From Nanobdellota archaeon (GTDB lineage Archaea; Nanobdellota; Nanobdellia; Pacearchaeales; GW2011-AR1): 64,000 bases of DNA. This document shows positions 26,756-36,255 of this stretch, in pieces; within the stretch, counting starts at the first letter, position 1, and the number at the start of each line of letters is the position of its first letter. The stretch is from positions 58,547-122,546 of the forward strand of contig JBBTAC010000002.1 in NCBI GenBank assembly GCA_038044405.1, in the 5' to 3' direction. Under the pieces are notes generated by a model, which saw nothing but the letters and a program-made list of their open reading frames with translations, made no database searches and was not told where the DNA came from. The position numbers and the translations under genes were made by a program.

Positions 26756-27262
26756 TTATTCCCTTCTTGTCCTATACTTTTTTCTATCTACTTCCAATCT
26801 TTCATCTCTTATTTCTGAATCCTGCGCTGGAAAATTTTCCTTGATTTCTCCTTTGCCCATTATTCTTTGTTGAGGAGCTCTATTTTCAAATCTCATCACA
26901 GGCACACGAGAAGAATCTTCGGCATGAGAATACTCTCTTTTACTTTCTTCAAAATTCCTTCTTTCTTGATAACTTCGTTCTGCCCCAGCTTGCCCTCTAG
27001 GAGCATAAGTGATATTTCTTTCTTCAATTTTCTTTCTCTCCCTTGTTTCCTGCTGAATAGCTGTATCAGTTTCCGCTAAATCAGATTCAAGCACAATAGA
27101 TGGAGGTTTAAAGTTAACTCTAGATAAATCTTGTCTAAAAACTTGAACACTATGTTCTTCAGCTTCTTTAACATCCTCGACTAAATCAGATTCTCCTCTT
27201 TTTATCTCCTTGATAATTTTTATCTTAGATTTAATCTCTTTTACATTTTTTATTTTTGGCAT
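26756..27262 (-). CDS. Charged, low-complexity hypothetical protein
   Basis: 168-aa ORF. Confidence 0.55.
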   Translation of the reverse strand: MPKIKNVKEIKSKIKIIKEIKRGESDLVEDVKEAEEHSVQVFRQDLSRVNFKPPSIVLESDLAETDTAIQQETRERKKIEERNITYAPRGQAGAERSYQERRNFEESKREYSHAEDSSRVPVMRFENRAPQQRIMGKGEIKENFPAQDSEIRDERLEVDRKKYRTRRE

Positions 27263-27300
27263 TATTATATAAAGCTCAAGAACTATATAAAATATACCGA

Positions 27301-28797
27301 TTAAGAAAAGCCAGGCATTTCATTAGCCCCCTTGAAAGAGCCGTATAATTTGCTGCAATCTACTCTAGCTCTTATTAAAGCCTGATTTCTCATAACTCTC
27401 TCTACATCTGTATCTTTTGAAATTCCCTTTCCATCATCTTTCTTTTTTTCCGTCTTAAAAATAGAGAACAATGCACTAAATGGATTAATATCATTAGATT
27501 CTTTTTTCTCTTCTTTTTTCTTATCATCTAAAAATTCATCCAAATCAAGTTGAATTGCCCCTAAACTTTCAGAAGTCGAGCCTTCCAGCAATTGCATCAA
27601 ATCTCCTAAATCATCTTTTTCAAGTTCTTGCTTGAAAATCTTAAGTTCTTCATCATTAAGTGCATAGCTTGTGAAGTCAATCTCAACTCGCCCTCTAAAG
27701 CCATATCCTCCTTGTTGAGTTCTCTCAGGAGCAGAACGATATTGAAATTCAACTATAACAAGCGGAATATATTTTCTTGTTTTAATCTTTTTAAAAGACT
27801 TAGGCAGTAATCCTATATTAACATCGTTCTCTATTTTATATTTACCAACTCCGAGAACAACTAATTCCAATAATGTCGTATTGAAAGCATTTACTAAAGA
27901 AGCAGTTGTTGTTGCCCTCTGTTCTAGCTGTTTTGCAGATTTTAAGTAGGGTTTTATCCATCTAGCATAAAGTTTAACAGAGCTAACTTGATTCTTCAAA
28001 TAAACTTTTTCGATTTCATATCTCTTTCTTAATTCTTGTTCAGATTCTTTTATCCATTTTTCAAATTCCGAAACTCTCTGCTCCAAAATTCTTCTAACTC
28101 TTTCATTCAAGTCTATTTTCTTAATATCGTCAAGAGAATTAGCAACCATAAATGCGTCAATTATCGTTACATAATCATATTGCACAGCCAATTGCTTCAA
28201 GCTAGTTGTTCCTCTTTTAGCAAAATCAACCTGATCAAGCCAGATTTGTTTTAAAGATAAAAGCCCAGCGTTTCTTAACCCCCTATCATTAGACTTTAAA
28301 TCGTCATAAGTAGAAAGTCTTATTTTAAATTCCTTTAAGTCATATATAATATTCAAAATAGATTTAACTATTGCCCCAGATGTTCCAAGCATTTTCATTG
28401 CCTCTTCCTGCATTCTTGTCGTCCTTTGGCCCATCTCTCCAAATTGTGCAGAACCTACTGAAGTAGTAAAATTATCAATGAGTTTTTCAGAATCTTCGTA
28501 TTCCTTATTTATATAATCAACAATCCAAAAATAAATTGGCTCTAATCCTTGTGAAAAATTATCATAAACAAGAGAATGTTTTTCTATAGGGTTTTTTATC
28601 CCATTCAATTTAAAGGGATTTGAAAGAAGGCGCTCGCTTTCCAAGTCCATATATTCCGAATTTCTAACTTCAGCTTTTTCAGCAGCAGCCAAGTAACCCC
28701 TTTCTTTAGCAACAGCTTTAACCTCTGATTTCTTTTCAGGGTCGCAAAATACATCCGGATTTATTGCCGCTATTAAATTATGAATATTAACTGCCAT
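27301..28797 (-). CDS. Hypothetical 498-aa protein with coiled-coil core
   Basis: Long ORF, GAGG SD, no recognisable catalytic motif. Confidence 0.7.
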   Translation of the reverse strand: MAVNIHNLIAAINPDVFCDPEKKSEVKAVAKERGYLAAAEKAEVRNSEYMDLESERLLSNPFKLNGIKNPIEKHSLVYDNFSQGLEPIYFWIVDYINKEYEDSEKLIDNFTTSVGSAQFGEMGQRTTRMQEEAMKMLGTSGAIVKSILNIIYDLKEFKIRLSTYDDLKSNDRGLRNAGLLSLKQIWLDQVDFAKRGTTSLKQLAVQYDYVTIIDAFMVANSLDDIKKIDLNERVRRILEQRVSEFEKWIKESEQELRKRYEIEKVYLKNQVSSVKLYARWIKPYLKSAKQLEQRATTTASLVNAFNTTLLELVVLGVGKYKIENDVNIGLLPKSFKKIKTRKYIPLVIVEFQYRSAPERTQQGGYGFRGRVEIDFTSYALNDEELKIFKQELEKDDLGDLMQLLEGSTSESLGAIQLDLDEFLDDKKKEEKKESNDINPFSALFSIFKTEKKKDDGKGISKDTDVERVMRNQALIRARVDCSKLYGSFKGANEMPGFS

Positions 28798-28887
28798 ATT
28801 ATCCTCTTTGCCTTTTCAAGAAATCCTTTTATTTAAATTTAAGCTAAAGGAGGTAAAATTTATTAATCCCTTATTCTTAAAGATAAT

Positions 28888-29148
28888 ATGAACAAAGCAT
28901 TCAAAATATTTGGCATGATATTTTTTGTGATGGGAATAATAGTTATTTTCAATTCATTTCAAGGAATAACAGGTTTTGCAATATCTGAAAATGTAGACAT
29001 AAATTCAGGTTTTATTGTAGGAGCGTGGTTTATTCTTACAGGAATACTATTGTTTGTTTACGTCAAGAAACCTGAAGTAAGCAGTTCCTCGACTATCCAA
29101 AAGTCCCAAGCAAAAACAAAAGATAAATCAGAGAGAAAAATAAAGTAA
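28888..29148 (+). CDS. Small membrane protein
   Basis: Two TM segments flanking GITGFAI. Confidence 0.6.
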   Translation: MNKAFKIFGMIFFVMGIIVIFNSFQGITGFAISENVDINSGFIVGAWFILTGILLFVYVKKPEVSSSSTIQKSQAKTKDKSERKIK

Positions 29149-29149
29149 A

Positions 29150-29530
29150 ATGAGTTTATTTAGAAAAAGAACAGAAACAGTTGTTGATTTAACTGTTTTA
29201 CAAAAAAGTGGAACTCTGCAAAGAGCCAGGGCAATAGCAAAAAGAGATAATGCTCAAACAGTCGCATCAAATGAATTTATTGACTTAACAAATTCATCTC
29301 AATCAAATTCTTCAGCATCTCCTATCTCTTCAGCCAGTCCTAATTTAGATTTTTTATCATCTATCGCAGGAGCGTCAACAATAGAACCAATAAGAGAATC
29401 AGAGAATTCAGAAAATTCAAATGATAATGTGCATCATCTAAAAAATAAAATAGAAGATTTAGAGTATAAACTAGAAAGATTAATAGAAAGACTAGGAAAA
29501 GTAGAAGATAAATTATTAAAAGAAGACTAG
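29150..29530 (+). CDS. Hypothetical protein with C-terminal coiled coil
   Basis: LKNKIEDLEYKLERLIERLGKVE. Confidence 0.6.
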   Translation: MSLFRKRTETVVDLTVLQKSGTLQRARAIAKRDNAQTVASNEFIDLTNSSQSNSSASPISSASPNLDFLSSIAGASTIEPIRESENSENSNDNVHHLKNKIEDLEYKLERLIERLGKVEDKLLKED

Positions 29531-29544
29531 TAAAGTCTATTTTA

Positions 29545-29615
29545 GGGCTTGTAGTCTAGTGGCAAAACGTCTCTTTCACGTGGAGAAGCTCGAGGTTCGA
29601 TTCCTCGCAGGCCCA
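29545..29615 (+). tRNA. tRNA-Val(CAC)
   Basis: Acceptor GGGCTTG/CAGGCCC; anticodon arm TCTCT-TTCACGT-GGAGA; T-arm CGAGG-TTCGATT-CCTCG. Confidence 0.93.
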
Positions 29616-29870
29616 TTAATTTAAATTATCAAAAAAAGACAAACCTCTATAATTCAAAGCTTGTTTAATATCTATAATAGGCATATCTAAAATCATATTG
29701 CATTCTCTATCGCCTAATTTTCCAGTCCTTATTTCTCTCTGCAAATATCTGCATAATTCGCTAACATACCAATGCGGTGAAAGTGGATGCGCATCTTTAA
29801 ATTCTTCAGGAACAGCTTTAATCACATCATCAAGTTTCCTTATTGTATCATTATTCATATTTTTACGCAT
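29616..29870 (-). CDS. Hypothetical protein
   Basis: 84-aa ORF abutting the tRNA 3' end. Confidence 0.5.
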   Translation of the reverse strand: MRKNMNNDTIRKLDDVIKAVPEEFKDAHPLSPHWYVSELCRYLQREIRTGKLGDRECNMILDMPIIDIKQALNYRGLSFFDNLN

Positions 29871-29933
29871 AATGTAGGCAATATAAACCTTTCGAGTGAG
29901 AAGACTTAAATAACATAATTAACTTATTAAAAT

Positions 29934-31595
29934 ATGGCAAAATTCTCAAATGAAATCAAAGCATACGCATTAAAAAACGTATTAGAGTTTGACAAAACAG
30001 ATGCTGGCAAAATTCTGCCAAAATTATTTCAGCATGGTTTGCAAAAAGAAGAAATAAAAGAGATTATGCCTGAAATTCAAAAAATTGTAAAAGAAGTTAA
30101 TCATATTTCAAAAGAACAAAGAGAAAAATTATTTTTAGAATATAAAAAGTTCATGAAAGAGCATGAAGAAAAAGAAAAGGGTCTTCCAGAGCTTCCATCA
30201 AGTCATAAAAAAGTAGTTTTAAGGATAGCACCATTCCCATCAGGCGCCCTTCATATAGGTAACGCAAAAACATTTGTCCTTAATGCCCTATATGCTGAAA
30301 AATATAAAGGCGAATTGATTTTAGTTATGGATGATACAATTGGCAGTGCAGAAAAAACAGTAGAAGAAGAATCGTATAAATTAATTAAAGACGCTCTAGA
30401 CTGGCTAAAAATAAATTATTCAAAAACGCTCTACAAGTCAGATAGATTGAAAACATATTACAAATATGCAGAACAATTAATTAAAAAAGATAAGGCATAT
30501 GTTTGTCATTGTTCTCAGCCAGAATTAAAAGAAAATAGGGAGAAAGGAACAGAATGCGGTTGTAGGCAATTACCGTCGAATTTACAGCTAAAAAGATGGA
30601 AAGAAATGTTCAAGCTCAAAGAAGGCAAGGCAACATTAAGAATTAAAACAAATATGATGCATCCAAATCCCGCATTTAGAGACAGAGTTTTATTTAAAAT
30701 ATCCGACAGGAAACATCCAAGAGTCGGAAACAAGTATAGAGTATGGCCGACATTAGAGATGAGCTGGGCAATAGATGATCATGTTCTTGGTATAACTCAC
30801 ATAATTCGAGGCAACGACTTAACAATTGAAAGTGAAATGGAAAAATATATTTGGGACATATTTAACTGGTCTCATCCAGTAATAATTCATACAGGACTAA
30901 TTAGAATAGAAGGAATTGAAGGCGCAAAAGTCTCAAAATCAAAATCTCAGCAAGAAATTAAATCAGGACAGTTTACTGGCTGGGACGACCCAAGAACCTG
31001 GAGCATTCAAAGTCTTGCAAGGCGCGGTATAAAACCAGAAGCAATTAGAGATTTTATAGAATCAATTGGTTTGAATAAGCAGGACATAACAGTCCCTATA
31101 GATGCACTTTATTCAATCAATCGTTCAATAATAGATTCAAAAGCAGACAGATATTCTTTTATCGAAGACCCAATTAAATTAAATATTACAAAAAAACCAG
31201 ACTGGAAAACAATAGAAATTCCAAAACATCCTGATAAAAATGAAAAACGTATAATAGAATTAAATGATATTTTTATTTCAAAAAAAGATTATGATGCGCT
31301 TAAAGGAAAAGAAATAAGATTATTGCATCTATATAATATTGAGTTAAATAAAGAAGGCAAAGTTACATCAATAGATAATAAAAACATACAAAAAATAAAC
31401 TGGATTTCAAATTATGTTAAAGCAAAAATACTTCTTTCCGATGGAAAATGGCTCGAAGGCATTGTAGATGAAGGAGTAAAAAATCTTAAGAAAAATGAAC
31501 TCATTCAATTTGAAAGATTTGGTTTCGTAAAATTCGATTCAGTAAAAAAATTAAATAATGAAGATGTTTATGAATTTTGGTTTGCGCACAAATAA
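29934..31595 (+). CDS. gltX: Glutamate--tRNA ligase (archaeal type)
   Basis: RIAPFPSGALHIGN (HIGH), KVSKSK (KMSKS), GWDDPRT, QFERFGF. Confidence 0.95.
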   Translation: MAKFSNEIKAYALKNVLEFDKTDAGKILPKLFQHGLQKEEIKEIMPEIQKIVKEVNHISKEQREKLFLEYKKFMKEHEEKEKGLPELPSSHKKVVLRIAPFPSGALHIGNAKTFVLNALYAEKYKGELILVMDDTIGSAEKTVEEESYKLIKDALDWLKINYSKTLYKSDRLKTYYKYAEQLIKKDKAYVCHCSQPELKENREKGTECGCRQLPSNLQLKRWKEMFKLKEGKATLRIKTNMMHPNPAFRDRVLFKISDRKHPRVGNKYRVWPTLEMSWAIDDHVLGITHIIRGNDLTIESEMEKYIWDIFNWSHPVIIHTGLIRIEGIEGAKVSKSKSQQEIKSGQFTGWDDPRTWSIQSLARRGIKPEAIRDFIESIGLNKQDITVPIDALYSINRSIIDSKADRYSFIEDPIKLNITKKPDWKTIEIPKHPDKNEKRIIELNDIFISKKDYDALKGKEIRLLHLYNIELNKEGKVTSIDNKNIQKINWISNYVKAKILLSDGKWLEGIVDEGVKNLKKNELIQFERFGFVKFDSVKKLNNEDVYEFWFAHK

Positions 31596-31632
31596 CCGAA
31601 AGATTTATAAATAAAAAGAATTTAGTATGAAT

Positions 31633-32112
31633 ATGTTTGGAAAAAAAAGAGGTTTGAGTGATGTCGTTACAGTCACATTGATTATTCTGCTTGCAATCTC
31701 AGCAGTTGTTATTGTTTGGGTTTTTGTTCGTTCAACATTATTAAAAGTCGGCGGACAAGTTGAAGGCGGACAATGTGTTTCAATTGATTTAACACCATTA
31801 AGTTGCAATTCTATATCAAACAATACAGTGATAGCTAATGGCCCTGGAGATACAACAGTTACAAAGGTCAAGATTATTTATTACGCATCTGCAGCAGCCG
31901 ACGCAGTATCTGAAACAAGAGATGGTAACTGTATATTAGAGCCATTATCTCAAAAGAGTTGTGCGCCAGTAGACCCTGATGGAACAGGACCACAAATGGC
32001 TGGTCCAGATCTTAACGGAGCAACAGCAGGTACAGGAATATTTAGAGTAGCAGTTGCTGCAACAGTTGGAGAATCAGTATGCACAATATCTGAATCAGTA
32101 ATCTGCACTTAA
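31633..32112 (+). CDS. Archaeal type IV pilin-like protein
   Basis: Class III signal KKRG/LSDVVTVTLIILLAISAVVIVW. Confidence 0.85.
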   Translation: MFGKKRGLSDVVTVTLIILLAISAVVIVWVFVRSTLLKVGGQVEGGQCVSIDLTPLSCNSISNNTVIANGPGDTTVTKVKIIYYASAAADAVSETRDGNCILEPLSQKSCAPVDPDGTGPQMAGPDLNGATAGTGIFRVAVAATVGESVCTISESVICT

Positions 32113-32155
32113 TTTTTTATTTTTCTTTTAGTTATTAATTTATTTTATTACCAAC

Positions 32156-32692
32156 ATGATAGAAGTAGAAGCAAAAATCAAAGTATCTAATCCTGAGGTA
32201 TTCAGGAAGAATATCAAGAAGTTAGCCAAGTTCATAGGTAAAGAAAACAAGATAGATTCTTACTATACTCTGGAGAATGCAAGAAATTACCCTGGTAAGA
32301 GCCTTAGAATAAGGAAAAGAAAAGGTCTTTACGAGATTAACTTTAAACAAAGATTGTCCTATATTAAAGGCGTCCATGCAAAAAATGAGCATGAATTCCA
32401 GATAAAGAATATAACTCCATTTTTAGATTTAATAAAAGAATTCGGCTTTAAGAAATGGCTAATTAAAGAGAAAATTAGTGAAGTCTATAAAATAAACAAT
32501 AATTTCCATATAGAGCTTAATCTCGTTAAACACCTTGGTTGGTTTATTGAAATAGAGTATTTAACAGATTACAAAGGCATTCCAAACGCAAGAAATAAGG
32601 TTCTAGATATAATTAACAAGTTGGGCATTAATAATAATGATATAGTAAAAGAAGGCTATACAAAATTATTATGGGTATCAAAAAGTTCTTGA
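32156..32692 (+). CDS. CYTH-domain protein (class IV adenylate cyclase-like)
   Basis: IEVEAK (ExExK), SLRIR, LGWFIEIE, GYTKLL. Confidence 0.88.
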   Translation: MIEVEAKIKVSNPEVFRKNIKKLAKFIGKENKIDSYYTLENARNYPGKSLRIRKRKGLYEINFKQRLSYIKGVHAKNEHEFQIKNITPFLDLIKEFGFKKWLIKEKISEVYKINNNFHIELNLVKHLGWFIEIEYLTDYKGIPNARNKVLDIINKLGINNNDIVKEGYTKLLWVSKSS

Positions 32693-32821
32693 ATGCTTTG
32701 TTGGGCTTTTGGATGCAAGAAAATTCCTGCTGAATTTATGGAATTTTCTGCACAGAAATTTTCAACTTTCAGAAAATTTCTTGTGCTCAAGATGCAACGA
32801 AAAGTAAAAAGCATCTTGACA
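32677..32821 (-). repeat. Four-hairpin dispersed repeat, copy B
   Basis: Reverse-complement match to 14520-14647; overlaps the CYTH stop codon. Confidence 0.9.
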
Positions 32822-32861
32822 GAAAGGAAATTAAGCCTTTAGATATATTAATACAAATAAA

Positions 32862-32990
32862 ATGTTAAGAGCGAAAATTGATGAGATTGCTGAAATAATT
32901 AGGATTACAGAAAAATCAAAGGCAACTGAGAAAGATGCAGAAGAATTAACAAATGAAATAAAAGAAGCTGTTTGGAAACATTATAGATGA
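32862..32990 (+). pseudogene. Possible truncated antitoxin remnant (42 aa)
   Basis: MLRAKIDEIAEIIRITEKSKATEKDAEELTNEIKEAVWKHYR resembles C-termini of archaeal antitoxins; overlapping ATG stops after two codons. Confidence 0.35.
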
Positions 32991-33067
32991 AGTAGGCTCG
33001 ATATGACATAATCATACGGGACAGTTATTAACAATATTATAATTTCCTATCTTTAAAAATCCTTCGG

Positions 33068-33814
33068 TTATTTCTTCGAAATACTTTTCTTCTTATAATC
33101 TTTAGAATCTTTCTCTACAATTTTAGCCGGTTTTGCTGTCTTTTTACCTTTATCAACAGCTTCTTTTAATCTCTCTTTCTCCTTCTTTATTGCTTCTTCA
33201 AGCCTATTGAGCTTATCCATTTCTTCTTCTGGATTTTCTTTCTCTTCAGCATCTTCTTCAACCACTATCTGATTGCCTTGACCGCCTTGCTGTGCCTTCT
33301 GTTGAGCTTGAAGTTGATCCATAGGTAGCTTCTTCATTATCTCTGAAAATGAAATCTTTTCCATTTTAAGAACACTCTGTGAAGAATCTTCGATGTGCGC
33401 TCTCAAAATACCCATTCCTGAAAGAACACAATTAACATTCCATATCTTCTTTCCTTTTATATTTTGAATAACTGCTATAATCTTCTTTATTTCTTCAGTC
33501 ATGTTCCTGTTTTTCATTTCATCTTCTATAATACCATGAAGTGCATCAAGGTCTATTTTCGTCTCCATATTCAACTTCTCAGGCACTTTATCGCCCATAG
33601 TATCAACAATCTGAACATTAACTGCTTCATCTAGACTGAAAGCTGCAAATTTCTTTTCAGTTGGCAAATAGAAATCTATTTGATGCACATTCTTTCCAGA
33701 TTCTAAATCAAGAACAAAAAATCCTGCAACTAAAAAAGCATCTTTGTATTTCTTACTAAACTGTTTATATTCATTAGAACCGTATAATTTTTCTACGTAT
33801 GGTTGAACTTTCAT
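33068..33814 (-). CDS. Hypothetical protein with charged disordered tail
   Basis: 248-aa ORF. Confidence 0.65.
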   Translation of the reverse strand: MKVQPYVEKLYGSNEYKQFSKKYKDAFLVAGFFVLDLESGKNVHQIDFYLPTEKKFAAFSLDEAVNVQIVDTMGDKVPEKLNMETKIDLDALHGIIEDEMKNRNMTEEIKKIIAVIQNIKGKKIWNVNCVLSGMGILRAHIEDSSQSVLKMEKISFSEIMKKLPMDQLQAQQKAQQGGQGNQIVVEEDAEEKENPEEEMDKLNRLEEAIKKEKERLKEAVDKGKKTAKPAKIVEKDSKDYKKKSISKK

Positions 33815-33940
33815 TTTGTCTCTCTTATGTAATTATTAAATAACCAGGGTTTATAAGATTTGTGTTGCAAATCTTATACTGAAATAAGAGTGTTTATTTA
33901 TAAGTTTTTAGTTTGTTAATTATCAAGAAGAGCTGTTTAA

Positions 33941-34396
33941 TTATTTCTTTCTTCTAAAAATTAATTTACCATATTTATAACATTCAGCAAATAATTCACT
34001 AATAATATATCTAGACATTAGAGTTGTTGTAACAAATAACATTCCTGCACTGACTAAATCTGTGCCATCGTAAATTGTCTTTTCTATAAACTTAGTTGCT
34101 AACAAAACAGCAGGAATCATAGTTGCATCAGTAAGAATATTACTTCCTGTAGATGTATTTGCATGTCCCATTTCATGTAACAAATTCTTTGCTATTTTGT
34201 CTATCTTACCAGAATAAGGCATAGATATTTCTTTTTTATCTTTATAATAAACCCCACCCATAGCTCTTGATTCCAAATCAAATTTAACTGATATGCATGC
34301 GCCAAACCAAGTTTTACATGTAGAACTAAATGGATCATAATTTATTTTTATTCCTTCCCTGCTATAGTAATCAGCAATTTCACATGCTAAGCCCAT
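33941..34396 (-). CDS. HExxH zincin-like membrane-associated protein
   Basis: LLHEMGH, later SELFAE. Confidence 0.55.
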   Translation of the reverse strand: MGLACEIADYYSREGIKINYDPFSSTCKTWFGACISVKFDLESRAMGGVYYKDKKEISMPYSGKIDKIAKNLLHEMGHANTSTGSNILTDATMIPAVLLATKFIEKTIYDGTDLVSAGMLFVTTTLMSRYIISELFAECYKYGKLIFRRKK

Positions 34397-34440
34397 AGTT
34401 TTCAAGCTTAAAATTACTTTAAAAATCTTCCTATAAGTTT

Positions 34441-36147
34441 TCAGATTCTTCGATCTATTTTTTCCCCAAGCTCTTTAACAAATTTATCCATCTTAATTCC
34501 AAACTCCGGCTTCTTTCCTCTCTCGCGAACAGCAAGTGTATTTGCCTTTTCTTCTTTATCCCCTATAACAATTATATATGGAATTTTCATAACTTCAGCA
34601 TCTCTAATCTTTTCATTTACAGTTGTATTTCTAAAATCAGAATCAATTCTTAAATTAGGAATATGTTTCTTAAATTCAGAAATAACTTTTTCAGCGCTCT
34701 TCATATTTCTATCTGTAAAATTAATTATTCTTGCTTGAACAGGAGATAGCCAAGTCGGTAAATTGCCATTTAAATGCTCTAATAAAACTCCCATAAATCT
34801 TTCAACAGCGCCCAAAATAGCGCGATGTATTACAAAAGGCGTTTTCTCTTTATTATCATTATCTACATAAGTTATTTCAAATCTCTTAGGCATCTGCATA
34901 TCAAGCTGTATAGTCGCACACTGCCACAATCTATCAAGAGAGTCTTTAATTTGAATATCTATCTTAGGTCCGTAAAATGCTCCTGCCCCTTTATTTATTT
35001 TATATTTTACTTTAGACTTTTTTAATTGCTCTTCAAGCATTCTCTCTGCATCATCCCAGTCTTTTTTATCACCCATAGATTTTTCAGGTTTAGTAGACAA
35101 TTCCAGAAAATAATCAAAATTAAATTTATCTTTATAAATTATCTTGACCATCTTCAATATATTTTCAATCTCTTCCCCTATCTGTTCTTTAGTGCAGAAT
35201 ATGTGCGCATCATCTTGAGTAAACTGAATAAGCCTAAATAAACCAGCCAATACTCCAGAAAGTTCTCTTCTATGGTCTATTCCAAATTCAGCGAATCTTA
35301 AAGGCAAGTCCTTATAACTTCTAGTCTTTGTCTTGTAAATAAGCATTGCTCCAGGACAATTCATAGGTTTTACACCAAAATCTCTTTCCTCATATTTTGT
35401 CAACAGCATATTATTCCTATAATGCCCCCAATGTCCAGAAACCTTAAACAATTTACTGTCTAAGATTTGAGGCGTAGCTATTTCTTTATATTCAAAATCT
35501 CTAAGAAGTTCTTTAAGAAATCCTTTTAATTCATTAAATATTATTAATCCATTGTTATGCCAGAATATAGAACCAGAAGCAACGTCATTAAAACTGAATA
35601 AATCTAATTTCTGTCCAAGAATTCTATGGTCATTATCTTTTAATTTCGAAGTATCAAGTTTTGTCCTAGATATCTCTTTTAACAATTTAGAAATATCATA
35701 ATCCTCTGTATCTTCAATAATTTTTCCAGCATTATCAGTTCTAAACTCTTTTGACAATTCAGCTAAAGGATGACCCTTGCATTTCAATTCAAATTCCTTG
35801 TAATGTCCAAATGGAGCTCTTGTAACATTAAAACCCTCTGCACGAAGGCAATTTTCTGCTTCAGATAAATACTCTAAGGCAGTATCAGGATGCGCAAGAT
35901 TCGAAGATAAATGAGCATACGGATAAAGAACAATATCATGCGCCTTAACTTCTTTAGCAGTTTTCTTAATAGATTCTATAAGCTCTTTTACAGTGCCATG
36001 ATCATCTCCTTTTTCAACAGCAGTAAGCACAACAAGAGGCTCTTTTATTTCCTGCTGTTCTTTTGACTTTAGCTCTTCCGCATTCTTTATAGCTTTCTTT
36101 AAGGGCTTAAATCTTATATAATCGCAATGTAACGTTATAATTCTCAT
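34441..36147 (-). CDS. thrS: Threonine--tRNA ligase with archaeal N-terminal editing domain
   Basis: LYPYAHLSS, KCKGHPLAELS, KPMNCPG, FTQDDAHIF, GAFYGPKID, IHRAILG. Confidence 0.96.
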   Translation of the reverse strand: MRIITLHCDYIRFKPLKKAIKNAEELKSKEQQEIKEPLVVLTAVEKGDDHGTVKELIESIKKTAKEVKAHDIVLYPYAHLSSNLAHPDTALEYLSEAENCLRAEGFNVTRAPFGHYKEFELKCKGHPLAELSKEFRTDNAGKIIEDTEDYDISKLLKEISRTKLDTSKLKDNDHRILGQKLDLFSFNDVASGSIFWHNNGLIIFNELKGFLKELLRDFEYKEIATPQILDSKLFKVSGHWGHYRNNMLLTKYEERDFGVKPMNCPGAMLIYKTKTRSYKDLPLRFAEFGIDHRRELSGVLAGLFRLIQFTQDDAHIFCTKEQIGEEIENILKMVKIIYKDKFNFDYFLELSTKPEKSMGDKKDWDDAERMLEEQLKKSKVKYKINKGAGAFYGPKIDIQIKDSLDRLWQCATIQLDMQMPKRFEITYVDNDNKEKTPFVIHRAILGAVERFMGVLLEHLNGNLPTWLSPVQARIINFTDRNMKSAEKVISEFKKHIPNLRIDSDFRNTTVNEKIRDAEVMKIPYIIVIGDKEEKANTLAVRERGKKPEFGIKMDKFVKELGEKIDRRI

Positions 36148-36255
36148 TTTACTATTCGGAAAATAAGCCAGAATGATTTATAAAAGTATCTTTAAATGAG
36201 AGTGTTAAGTTTTCGTGGCTTGGATAAGTGTGTTAAGAGGCGTGGCTTTTTAATC

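Noticed and set aside
29545..29900. 3'-end duplicate or ACTTCAA element at tRNA-Val(CAC)
   Set aside because: None seen; likewise none directly after tRNA-Gly, so the pattern covers three of five tRNAs.
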